From a virus (taxonomy: Duplodnaviria; Caudoviricetes): a stretch of 64,000 bases of DNA. Location of the stretch: the IMG/VR virus record IMGVR_UViG_3300025889_000071; one strand, 5' to 3'. A model generated the notes under the pieces. It ran no database searches. It was not told the DNA's origin and worked only from the letters and a program-made list of their open reading frames with translations. Position 1 is the first letter of the stretch; each line of letters begins with the position of its first letter. Below are positions 37,731 to 46,413 of this stretch, piece after piece. Made by a program: the position numbers and the translations under genes.

Positions 37731-38285
37731 ATGGCAAACAGGGAAACACAAATAGAAAATAGAAACTTTTTATCTCCAGTAGGTTTTAAATTTGTATTGG
37801 AAAGAAGTCCAAAGGCAGTATTTTTTTGCAACCAAGCCAATATTCCAGATTTAAACTTGGGTGTAACTTTTCAACCCAATTATCTCCGTGATATTCCAAC
37901 TCCTGGTGATAAAATAGAATTTGGAGATCTTAATATTAGATTTTTAGTTGATGAAGATCTTGTAAATTATATGGAAATACAAAATTGGATTCGTGGATTA
38001 GGTTATCCCGATTCAGTTCAAGAATTTAGAGACCTTGATGTAGAAGGTAGAATCAGAGTCAATTATTCTAATAAAGGTCACAACATCTACTCTGATGGCA
38101 CTCTGCAAATTTTAAGCAGTAATATGATATCAAAATTTAATGTCATTTTTACAGATTTATTCCCATACTCATTAACTACACTCTCATTCGATGCCACCGA
38201 TACTGACATTGAATACTTTACGGCTGAGGTGTCTTTCAAGTATACTAGTTATAGAGTAGAGACACTATCCGGAACTTCCTTATGA
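37731..38285 (+). CDS. gp3: Tail completion / tube terminator gp3
   Basis: NFLSPVGFKF, ANIPDLNLG, PGDKIEFGDL..RFLVDEDL.NY; position after gp23. Confidence 0.85.
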   Translation: MANRETQIENRNFLSPVGFKFVLERSPKAVFFCNQANIPDLNLGVTFQPNYLRDIPTPGDKIEFGDLNIRFLVDEDLVNYMEIQNWIRGLGYPDSVQEFRDLDVEGRIRVNYSNKGHNIYSDGTLQILSSNMISKFNVIFTDLFPYSLTTLSFDATDTDIEYFTAEVSFKYTSYRVETLSGTSL

Positions 38286-38719
38286 GTTTTGACCTTGATA
38301 AAATACAAGAGATGTGGGAAAAAGATTCTTCTATTGACCGAGACAATTTACACGAAGAATCATTAAACATTCCTTCACTCCATGCAAAATATTTTGAAAT
38401 ATACAATACCATTTTTTTGTTAAGAAAAAAAGCAGAGCAACAAAGAAAAAATATAAGGCACGAACGATACGAATATTTTAGTGGGAAAGCAGATCCAGAT
38501 GTTTATATAGAACAACCTTTTCCCAAAAAAATTCGTGATAAAGATACCATGCAAAAATATCTTGATGCTGACGAAAAACTTTCATCAATATGCTTAAAGA
38601 TTGATTACTATGATACCATGCTGGTATACATTGAAAGTATTTTAAAGCAAATAACAAATAGAACTTATCAAATAAAAAACGCAATAGAGTTTATGAGATT
38701 CAATGCAGGTTTAGGTTAA
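38282..38719 (+). CDS. uvsY: Recombination mediator UvsY
   Basis: WEKDS.ID...ESL.IP.LHAKY, R.YQIKNAIE; adjacent to uvsW. Confidence 0.88.
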   Translation: MSFDLDKIQEMWEKDSSIDRDNLHEESLNIPSLHAKYFEIYNTIFLLRKKAEQQRKNIRHERYEYFSGKADPDVYIEQPFPKKIRDKDTMQKYLDADEKLSSICLKIDYYDTMLVYIESILKQITNRTYQIKNAIEFMRFNAGLG

Positions 38720-38907
38720 TGGAAGAAGATTCATTTGTTTTAAACTTTTCTATTGAAGATGTACATTTAATGTATCATTGTGTAAGTGAAAGATTAAAAA
38801 ATTGGGAGGGATTTCCTTCTCGACATCCTCAAGAACAAGAACATTTGAATTATTTAAAGAGTGAGTTATATAAATGTATTTTAGATTTTAAGTTTAATGA
38901 TATGTAA
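38719..38907 (+). CDS. Hypothetical protein
   Basis: TAATG-coupled 62-aa ORF. Confidence 0.6.
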   Translation: MEEDSFVLNFSIEDVHLMYHCVSERLKNWEGFPSRHPQEQEHLNYLKSELYKCILDFKFNDM

Positions 38908-38934
38908 TAAATAGATTTAGATGAATGGATCATC

Positions 38935-40416
38935 GTGATTGACACAACAGCTAATCTTGTTATATCTAAATCTAACGAAGTATTTTTAAAAATAAACACG
39001 GAACCACATATAGAATATGAACTTAGAGATCACTTTAAGTTCGAAGTTCCAAATGCAAAATTTATGCCACAGTATCGTGGTAGAAATTGGAACGGCGAAA
39101 TACATTTATATGATATGAGGTCTAAACAGATATATGTTGGCCTTTTGGATAAGATAGTTCAATTTTGTGAGAATTACGGATATACTTACAAATTTGAAGA
39201 TAATAAATTTTATGGAACTCCATATGAAGAGAACAATGGAATTTCATATGAAGGTGTAAAAGATTATATGAATTCTATTTGCACACATAAACCCAGAAAG
39301 TATCAAATAGAAGGTGTTTATGGTGCATTGAAACATAACAGAAAATTATTAATAAGTCCTACTGCATCTGGTAAATCTTTGATGATTTACTCTCTTGTGA
39401 GATACTATGTTGCTAAAGGAGAAAAAATTCTTTTAGTTGTTCCAACAACAAGTTTAGTGGAACAGATGTTTAAGGATTTTATGGATTATGGGTGGGATGC
39501 AGAATCACATTGCCACAAAATTTATTCAGGTAAAGAAAAGAGTAATAATGCACCAGTTACTATAACCACTTGGCAATCTGTTTATAAGTTAGAGAGATCA
39601 TTCTTCGAAGATTATGGTGTCATTATAGGTGATGAAGCTCATTTGTTTAAGAGCAAATCTTTAGTCTCTATCATGACTAAACTTCATCATGCAAAATATA
39701 GATTTGGATTTACTGGTACATTAGATGGCACCCAAACTCATAAATGGGTACTAGAAGGATTGTTTGGACCATCATATAAAGTCACAAGAACTGACGAATT
39801 GATGAGACAAGGACATCTTTCAACATTGGATATACAATGTATAGTATTAAAACATGAACCTCAAAAGTTCCAAACGTATGAGGATGAAATTAAGTATTTA
39901 ATTTCTCATGAACAAAGAAACAGATTTATTACAAATCTTACTTTAGATTTGAAAGGTAACACTCTGGTGCTATACAGTCGTGTTGAAACTCATGGTGCAA
40001 TACTATTTGAAAAGATAAATAATCTTAAGCGAGATAATCGCAAAGTCTACTTCGTTCATGGAGGAGTAGATGCTGAAGAACGAGAAACAATACGTGAAAT
40101 TGTTGAAAGAGAAAATAATGCAATTATTGTAGCTTCATACGGAACTTTTTCAACAGGTATTAATATTAAAAATCTTCATAATGTAATATTTGCATCTCCC
40201 AGTAAATCGAGAATTAGAAATCTACAATCGATTGGTAGAGTTTTAAGAAAAGGAAAAAACAAAACAAAAGCAAAACTTTATGATTTAGCTGACGATATTA
40301 CATATAATTCGAAAAGAAATTACACGCTAAATCATTTGATTGAAAGAATTAAAACTTATAATGAGGAGAATTTTAATTACGAAATAATCACTATAAAGAT
40401 AAAAAGAAATGATTGA
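38935..40416 (+). CDS. uvsW: SF2 DNA helicase UvsW
   Basis: SPTASGKS, GDEAH, GFTGT, QSIGRVLR. Confidence 0.96.
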   Translation: MIDTTANLVISKSNEVFLKINTEPHIEYELRDHFKFEVPNAKFMPQYRGRNWNGEIHLYDMRSKQIYVGLLDKIVQFCENYGYTYKFEDNKFYGTPYEENNGISYEGVKDYMNSICTHKPRKYQIEGVYGALKHNRKLLISPTASGKSLMIYSLVRYYVAKGEKILLVVPTTSLVEQMFKDFMDYGWDAESHCHKIYSGKEKSNNAPVTITTWQSVYKLERSFFEDYGVIIGDEAHLFKSKSLVSIMTKLHHAKYRFGFTGTLDGTQTHKWVLEGLFGPSYKVTRTDELMRQGHLSTLDIQCIVLKHEPQKFQTYEDEIKYLISHEQRNRFITNLTLDLKGNTLVLYSRVETHGAILFEKINNLKRDNRKVYFVHGGVDAEERETIREIVERENNAIIVASYGTFSTGINIKNLHNVIFASPSKSRIRNLQSIGRVLRKGKNKTKAKLYDLADDITYNSKRNYTLNHLIERIKTYNEENFNYEIITIKIKRND

Positions 40417-40822
40417 AGACGATTTTTACGCAACAATAAAATTTAAAAATGGTGAAGAGATATTTGCTAAAGTAGCTCCTTCAGAAGAAGAAGAGGAAAC
40501 TTTTTTAATTGTTTCAAATCCAATAGTAATAAGTGAAGTCAAATCTAGAATGGGAGTAGTTGGATATAAACTAGATCCTTGGTTAAAAACCTGTGATGAA
40601 GATATGCTTATTGTTAGAATGAGTGAAATATTAACCATCTCCGAATCAAAAAGTATTGAAATGATCATGATGCATCAAGCTTTCATTAGATCTAATGAAA
40701 GAGATGAAAACAATGAACCTCCAATATCAAGAGAAATGGGATACATTTCTAATGTTAATGATGCTAAAACTCTTTTAGAGAAGCTATATAATAGTAATTC
40801 TTTTCAACCTCCACAAAGGTAA
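40409..40822 (+). CDS. Hypothetical protein (possible Sm-like fold)
   Basis: IKFKNGEEIFA motif; conserved position between uvsW and gp55. Confidence 0.7.
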   Translation: MIEDDFYATIKFKNGEEIFAKVAPSEEEEETFLIVSNPIVISEVKSRMGVVGYKLDPWLKTCDEDMLIVRMSEILTISESKSIEMIMMHQAFIRSNERDENNEPPISREMGYISNVNDAKTLLEKLYNSNSFQPPQR

Positions 40823-40843
40823 TTGTACACAAATATTGAAGGG

Positions 40844-40872
40844 TTGTCAAGTAGACATATAAATGTTATTAT
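40844..40872 (+). promoter_or_regulatory. Possible sigma70-like promoter TTGTCA-17-TATTAT
   Basis: Correct 17-nt spacing upstream of gp55. Confidence 0.45.
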
Positions 40873-40897
40873 TTCTATATGATGATGGTATAAACTT

Positions 40898-41443
40898 ATG
40901 ATATCTACTAATATGTCCAAGAGAAAACGTTCAGAACATTACGTAAACAATAAAGAACTCTTGGAGGCAATGATTGTTTATCGATCCAAGGTTGAGAAAT
41001 CTTATTTGGAAGAATTCGGTAAGGATCTTAAAGAGCTTCCAAAACAAGAAAGAGCAAAGAGATGGAAAACGAAACCAAGGATACCTAGGTATATTGGAGA
41101 GTGCTTTCTTAAGATTGCAACACATTTATCGTTTAAACCAAACTTTGTAAATTATATGTTTAAAGAGGATATGATTTCTGATGGTATAGAAAATTGTGTC
41201 CAATACGTTCATAATTTTGATCCAGAAAAATCTCAAAATCCTTTTGCTTACTTCACCCAGATTATTCATTATGCTTTTCTTCGTAGAATTCAAAGAGAAA
41301 AGCGTCAGTTAGAGATTAAAAATAAAATTCTTGAGCGTTCTGGATTCTCGGAAGTTTTTGATGACAATAATACAATTGAAGGCAATAACTATAGTGACTA
41401 TAATCAAATTAAAGACAATGTTCACAGTAAGTTGAGGAGTTGA
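40898..41443 (+). CDS. gp55: Late transcription sigma factor gp55
   Basis: HYVNNKELL, DMISDGIENC, NPFAYFTQI..YAFLRRI..EK. Confidence 0.95.
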   Translation: MISTNMSKRKRSEHYVNNKELLEAMIVYRSKVEKSYLEEFGKDLKELPKQERAKRWKTKPRIPRYIGECFLKIATHLSFKPNFVNYMFKEDMISDGIENCVQYVHNFDPEKSQNPFAYFTQIIHYAFLRRIQREKRQLEIKNKILERSGFSEVFDDNNTIEGNNYSDYNQIKDNVHSKLRS

Positions 41444-41468
41444 CAAAAGACAATAATTTGATTATGAT
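41440..41468 (+). promoter_or_regulatory. sigma70-like promoter TTGACA-17-TATGAT
   Basis: Near consensus, upstream of gp47. Confidence 0.75.
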
Positions 41469-41489
41469 AGGAGCCCTAAAGTAATTAGT

Positions 41490-42530
41490 ATGAAAGTTGC
41501 CATTATTACAGACACACATTATGGGTGTAGAAAAAATTCGCAACTTTTTCATGATTATTTCAAAAAGTTTTATAATGATATTTTCTTTCCATATTTGAAA
41601 AAAGAAAATATCAAAACCATTGTCCATATGGGTGATGCTTTTGATAGTCGTAAAGGTATTGACTTTGCAGCATTAACTTGGGCGAAGGATAATATTTTTG
41701 ATACGATTAAGTCTGAAGGAATTAAACTTCATTTAATTGTTGGCAATCATGATTCTTACTATAAGAATACTAATGATGTAAATGCTGTTGACCTTCTTTT
41801 GAGGGAGTATGATAATATTGAAGTATACTCTAAACCTAAAGAAGTAAAGTTAGACAATCTAGATGTATTTTTTATACCTTGGATTAATAAAGAAAATGAA
41901 GCAGAAACTTTTAAACTTATTGAAAAGACAACTAGCAAGATCGCGATGGGGCACCTTGAACTCCAAGGATTTAGAGTTAATCGACAAATCATCATGGACC
42001 ATGGTGCTGATCGCCAGCTATTTGAGAAGTTCACCAAGGTCTACAGCGGTCACTATCACACTCGATCGGATGATGGACGGATCTATTACTTGGGAAATCC
42101 CTACGAAATGTTCTGGTCAGATGTCGGTGATAGGAGAGGATTCACCATCTTTGATACAGAAACTCTGGAACATGTTTCGATAGATAATCCTTATCGTCTG
42201 TTTTATAATATCTACTATGAAGATACAAATCATCAAACATTTGATTTTAGAGAGTATCATGGAAAAATTGTAAAACTTATTATAAGAAAAAAATCTGATA
42301 CTAAAAAGTTTGAAAAGTTCATTGATAAACTTTATAATGTTGGAGTTGCAGAATTAAAAATTGTTGATAATTTTCAACTTGAAGAAAATAAAGATTTTGA
42401 AGCTTTTGAGTCTGAAGACACTCTTTCTATTTTGAATAGATATATTGAGGAATCTGAAGTTGATTTGGAAAAATCAATTTTGAAAAATATGATTCAGGAA
42501 GTTTACAAGGAGGCTTGCGAATTGATTTAA
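41490..42530 (+). CDS. gp47: Recombination nuclease gp47 (Mre11/SbcD-like)
   Basis: ITDTHYG, GDAFD, VGNHD, GHLE, SGHYH. Confidence 0.96.
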   Translation: MKVAIITDTHYGCRKNSQLFHDYFKKFYNDIFFPYLKKENIKTIVHMGDAFDSRKGIDFAALTWAKDNIFDTIKSEGIKLHLIVGNHDSYYKNTNDVNAVDLLLREYDNIEVYSKPKEVKLDNLDVFFIPWINKENEAETFKLIEKTTSKIAMGHLELQGFRVNRQIIMDHGADRQLFEKFTKVYSGHYHTRSDDGRIYYLGNPYEMFWSDVGDRRGFTIFDTETLEHVSIDNPYRLFYNIYYEDTNHQTFDFREYHGKIVKLIIRKKSDTKKFEKFIDKLYNVGVAELKIVDNFQLEENKDFEAFESEDTLSILNRYIEESEVDLEKSILKNMIQEVYKEACELI

Positions 42531-42805
42531 TGTATATCTTAACACGCGAAGGTAAGGAAGATGAGGGTGCATATTCTGTAAGAAATGAAGTTGGGGATAA
42601 TATTCTTTACATTTTCAAAGAGAAGGATGATGCCGTTCGTTTTGCTATGATGCTGGAGGAAGATGGTTCATCTGAAATGAGTGTAATGGAAGTTGAACCA
42701 GAAATGATAATTCCAGCTTGCCAAGTGAATGGATATGAGTATATAATATTTACATCTGACGACATTGTAATACCTCCTAAAACTGTAAGAAATGATTATA
42801 TTTAA
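42530..42805 (+). CDS. Hypothetical protein (DUF3110-like)
   Basis: EGAYSV...LY.F.E.DDA.RFA.MLE; TAATG coupling favours ATG at 42530. Confidence 0.6.
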   Translation: MYILTREGKEDEGAYSVRNEVGDNILYIFKEKDDAVRFAMMLEEDGSSEMSVMEVEPEMIIPACQVNGYEYIIFTSDDIVIPPKTVRNDYI

Positions 42806-44501
42806 AAAAATTAGGTGGAAGAATTTTTTGTCTACCGGACAGCATTATACTGAAATTGATTTTCAAAAAAATAATACGACTCTTATTGTCGGTTCAAACG
42901 GTGCAGGAAAAAGCACAGTGTTGGATGCATTGACTTTTTCTTTGTTTGGAAAACCATTTAGAAAAATCAATAAACCCCAATTAGTTAATGCTATCAATGA
43001 AAAAGATTGTAGTGTAGAAATTGAATTTACAATTAACTCCATTGAATGGAAGGTTGTGCGTGGAATTAAACCAGCAATCTTTGAGATATGGAAAAACGGC
43101 TCCGTAATGGATCAAAGCTCTTCTGCGGTTGACCAACAAAAGTGGTTGGAACAGAATGTGCTTAAAATGAACTATAAGTCTTTTACACAGATTGTTGTTC
43201 TTGGTAGCAGTTCATTTGTGCCTTTTATGCAACTTTCTACATCAAATCGTCGTGATGTGATTGAAGACTTATTGGACATTAGAATTTTTTCTTCTATGAA
43301 TAATATCATTAAAGAAAAGATGAGAACACTTAAGGATGAAATTAAAACCCTTACACTGAAGAAAGAATCCTTAAGTGATAAAGTGTTGATGCAGCAGAAT
43401 TTTATTGAAGAGTTGGAGCAACTGGGTAAAAAAAATATTGAAGAGAAGGAATTAAATATTCAGAAACTTCTTGATGAAGAAAATAATTACATGCATAATA
43501 TTGATTCCTTGAATAGTGATTTCCAAACAGTTGAGGCAGAACTTGAAAAGTATTCTGGAGCTACTGAAAAACTTCGCAAACTTGGGAATCTAAAGGGTAA
43601 GATTTCTAATAAAGTAACTACTATTACAAAAGAACATAAATTTTTTACAGAGAATACGGTTTGCCCAACATGCACCCAGTCTATTGAGGAAGAGTTTAGA
43701 ATAAATAAAATTGATGACGCTCAAAATAAAGCAAAAGAGTTGCAATCTGGTTATAAAGAACTGGAGGAGGCAATTAAAGATGAGGAAGAGCGAGAGCGTC
43801 AATTTTTAACTCTTTCTAAGGAGATTACAAAACTCACGCATGAGATTTCTAAAAACAATACTAAAATCAGTGGATGTCAGAGACAAGTCCGAGATTTTGA
43901 AAATGAAATTCAAAGAATTGCCAGCCAACTTAAAAATAGAAATATTGAGCATGAGAAATTAGAAGAGTTTAAGGGGAATTTAAAAAATACTGATGTTGAA
44001 TTAGTTGAAAGGAAAGAAAATATCAACTACCTAGACTACTCATACAACCTACTAAAAGATGGTGGAGTAAAGACCAGTATTGTAAAAAAATATCTTCCAT
44101 TAATTAATCAGCAAGTAAATCGTTATTTGCAGATGATGGATTTTTATATCAACTTAAAACTTGATGAGGAGTTTAATGAAACTATTGAATCTCCAATTCA
44201 TGAAGATTTTTCATACGCATCTTTTAGTGAAGGTGAAAAAGCCAGAATTGATTTAAGTCTTTTATTTGCATGGAGGGAAGTTGCAAGACTAAAAAATTCT
44301 GTAAATTGCAATATTCTTCTTTTTGATGAAGTTTTTGATTCATCATTGGATGGATTTGGTGCGGATGAATTTCTGAAGATTATTAATTATGTGGTTGCAG
44401 ATGCAAATATTTTTGTAATTTCACATAAAACAGGATTAGAAGATAAGTTTGAAAATGTAATAAAATTTGATAAAATAAAAGGATTTAGTAAGATGTCATA
44501 A
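42792..44501 (+). CDS. gp46: Recombination ATPase gp46 (Rad50/SbcC-like)
   Basis: GSNGAGKS, CPTC zinc hook, FSEGEKARIDL, LFDEVFD. Confidence 0.97.
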   Translation: MIIFKKIRWKNFLSTGQHYTEIDFQKNNTTLIVGSNGAGKSTVLDALTFSLFGKPFRKINKPQLVNAINEKDCSVEIEFTINSIEWKVVRGIKPAIFEIWKNGSVMDQSSSAVDQQKWLEQNVLKMNYKSFTQIVVLGSSSFVPFMQLSTSNRRDVIEDLLDIRIFSSMNNIIKEKMRTLKDEIKTLTLKKESLSDKVLMQQNFIEELEQLGKKNIEEKELNIQKLLDEENNYMHNIDSLNSDFQTVEAELEKYSGATEKLRKLGNLKGKISNKVTTITKEHKFFTENTVCPTCTQSIEEEFRINKIDDAQNKAKELQSGYKELEEAIKDEEERERQFLTLSKEITKLTHEISKNNTKISGCQRQVRDFENEIQRIASQLKNRNIEHEKLEEFKGNLKNTDVELVERKENINYLDYSYNLLKDGGVKTSIVKKYLPLINQQVNRYLQMMDFYINLKLDEEFNETIESPIHEDFSYASFSEGEKARIDLSLLFAWREVARLKNSVNCNILLFDEVFDSSLDGFGADEFLKIINYVVADANIFVISHKTGLEDKFENVIKFDKIKGFSKMS

Positions 44502-44531
44502 ATATTAATGATATCTATGATATTTTAGATA

Positions 44532-44735
44532 ATGGAATATAAACCATACTCACATGAGTGGCATCGTAAAAGATATTTAAAAGAAGCATTGGACATGTAT
44601 TTAAATGAATATGTAGACAATTCTGTCATTTACAATGATATTCTTGATATTCTTTCTGATAGATCTGAATTAGCATATTCAGATTTTAATAAAACGACAG
44701 AATTGGAATACATGATTCAATCTAAAAAGTATTAA
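44532..44735 (+). CDS. Hypothetical protein
   Basis: Late promoter TAAATA at 44499-44504. Confidence 0.6.
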   Translation: MEYKPYSHEWHRKRYLKEALDMYLNEYVDNSVIYNDILDILSDRSELAYSDFNKTTELEYMIQSKKY

Positions 44736-44737
44736 AT

Positions 44738-44986
44738 ATGAATCCCCAATATTTTTGGCTAATCTTATTTTGTATCGTGGCATATGTTGTCATAACAGAT
44801 AAGAATGTAGCTCAAGCATATGATTATGTTCTTAAAATACTAAACAATAAGATTCGACATCATTGGTGGTGGATGACCAATAATCCTGCCAATCCTTTAG
44901 TAAAGTATATGATGTATCGTAAAAATCTTAAACTTGCTAAAGAATTAAGGGCAAAGATTGATAAGTATTATCAAGAAAATAAATAA
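44738..44986 (+). CDS. Hypothetical protein with N-terminal hydrophobic segment
   Basis: YFWLILFCIVAYVVI stretch. Confidence 0.6.
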   Translation: MNPQYFWLILFCIVAYVVITDKNVAQAYDYVLKILNNKIRHHWWWMTNNPANPLVKYMMYRKNLKLAKELRAKIDKYYQENK

Positions 44987-45006
44987 GAATCTATAGGAAA
45001 AAAAAT

Positions 45007-45321
45007 ATGCTTTCCACTCAATATAGGCTTCGTTTAGAATTTATTTGTAAGAAAATTGCAAATAAAGAAGAAGTTAAGTTAGAAGATATGATATGGGCAG
45101 AGAAACTTGCCAAAGCACATACTCTTGCTAGAGATTGGTTAAATAAAGCAAGACGCCAAGCTGCTCATGATATTGAAGAGGGCAGTATGGATGATTTTAT
45201 GAATAGGATGGGGTTAGGTGACCCCGACCCATCCAATTATAAGACGGGGTTTGATAGTGCAGATGAAATTGTAGATTGGTTTAAACAAGACAAACCTGAC
45301 GACTGGAGGCAACGTGACTAA
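45007..45321 (+). CDS. Conserved hypothetical phage protein
   Basis: MLSTQYRLRLEFIC...LGDPDPSN; aggaa SD; TAAATA at 44980-44985. Confidence 0.7.
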   Translation: MLSTQYRLRLEFICKKIANKEEVKLEDMIWAEKLAKAHTLARDWLNKARRQAAHDIEEGSMDDFMNRMGLGDPDPSNYKTGFDSADEIVDWFKQDKPDDWRQRD

Positions 45322-45454
45322 AAAACATGTTCCCTGGTGGAGATTGCATCAAATTGCCCAAGAAGTTGATGGTGAGCTAAAACAATTTACTATTCAAGAT
45401 AGTACTGGAAAAGTTTTTAAAAGAATTGTAATCGATTACAAGGAGGAAAACTAA
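45314..45454 (+). CDS. Small hypothetical protein, not in the ORF track
   Basis: GTG start after ggagg SD, 46 aa, TAATG coupled to the next gene. Confidence 0.5.
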   Translation: MTKKHVPWWRLHQIAQEVDGELKQFTIQDSTGKVFKRIVIDYKEEN

Positions 45455-45690
45455 TGCAAGCAGTAATCTATTCAAATGGAAGTCAAGAGTGTGAGAGAAT
45501 GACATCTCTTCTCAAAACACTTGATGCACAAATCTTGGAGTATAAATTAAATAACCATTTTACGCAACGTGCATTTGAATCTGAATTTGGTCCTGAAGCA
45601 ACATATCCACAAGTATCTCTTGGGTATAATCATATTGGAGATATGAAAGAAACTCTGAATTTTATGAAGGAGAGGGGATTGTTTGGATGA
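45454..45690 (+). CDS. Glutaredoxin-like protein (SxxC)
   Basis: VIYS...SQEC..., TYPQV, HIGD pattern of the Grx fold. Confidence 0.65.
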   Translation: MQAVIYSNGSQECERMTSLLKTLDAQILEYKLNNHFTQRAFESEFGPEATYPQVSLGYNHIGDMKETLNFMKERGLFG

Positions 45691-45875
45691 ATTTCGAACT
45701 GTCAATGGAGGATTACACTATAATCCTTAATGCTCTTCATTATTATAAAAAAGTTGAGAAGCGTGGTAATTTTTCGGACTTTGATGAGCAAAAGATTAAT
45801 GATTTGCGTGATAAGTTAGCATATCAAATTATTTGGAATAATACTGATATAGATAAATTTATAGACAAGGAGTAA
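45687..45875 (+). CDS. Hypothetical protein
   Basis: ATGA overlap; 62 aa. Confidence 0.6.
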   Translation: MNFELSMEDYTIILNALHYYKKVEKRGNFSDFDEQKINDLRDKLAYQIIWNNTDIDKFIDKE

Positions 45876-45876
45876 C

Positions 45877-46086
45877 ATGAAACCTTTAATCCTAGTTGCT
45901 TGTTTTTTACCGTTAGGCATCATTTGGATTATCATGAAACTTTCATTATGGATTTCAGCTATCAACGAAGAACAGAGTTATGTCAGAGCAGAATCCAAAA
46001 AACCACACGGACCTTATGTGGCAAACCCATATGAAGACGTTGATGAGGAGGAAGAGGAATATGGAGATCGAACAGATTATCGATGA
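45877..46086 (+). CDS. Small membrane protein
   Basis: aggag SD; hydrophobic N-terminus, acidic C-terminus. Confidence 0.6.
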   Translation: MKPLILVACFLPLGIIWIIMKLSLWISAINEEQSYVRAESKKPHGPYVANPYEDVDEEEEEYGDRTDYR

Positions 46087-46210
46087 TGCACTTTATCAGT
46101 ATTATGTGGTAGAACGTGGTGAAAAGGTTCCAAACTGGAGATACATGAAAGATGCTGATTGGTGGATAGAATATCTTAAGTCTCTGGGCATTGACCCCAA
46201 GAATCCATGA
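46061..46210 (+). CDS. Small hypothetical protein
   Basis: ATG at 46061 after gagga; MEIEQIIDDALYQYY... Confidence 0.5.
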   Translation: MEIEQIIDDALYQYYVVERGEKVPNWRYMKDADWWIEYLKSLGIDPKNP

Positions 46211-46239
46211 TGGTAAAATAGAAATCATACCAAAGAACA

Positions 46240-46413
46240 ATGCAAGTCCCAAACTGGAAGCACCATTCCAAGAAAGAACAGAAACGAAAATTAAAACCGC
46301 AAGCAATGCGAGCACGGAGAGAAGCACTGTGCCAGTTTAAAAAGCGGTACATGACCTCGCCTAAAAGGCGGGGTTCTTTTGTATTATGGCCACATACGAA
46401 AGGAAGCGAATGA
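46240..46413 (+). CDS. Small basic hypothetical protein, not in the ORF track
   Basis: MQVPNWKHHSKKEQKRKLKPQAMR..., 57 aa; its 3' part overlaps regulatory elements. Confidence 0.4.
   Translation: MQVPNWKHHSKKEQKRKLKPQAMRARREALCQFKKRYMTSPKRRGSFVLWPHTKGSE
46329..46387 (+). promoter_or_regulatory. Dyad motif GTGCCA-N10-CGGTAC(A) with -10 TATTAT
   Basis: Imperfect palindrome with A-rich spacer ending 30 nt before TATTAT (46382-46387). Confidence 0.5.
46354..46380 (+). terminator. Probable intrinsic terminator
   Basis: acctcgcct-aaa-aggcggggt followed by tctttt. Confidence 0.55.
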
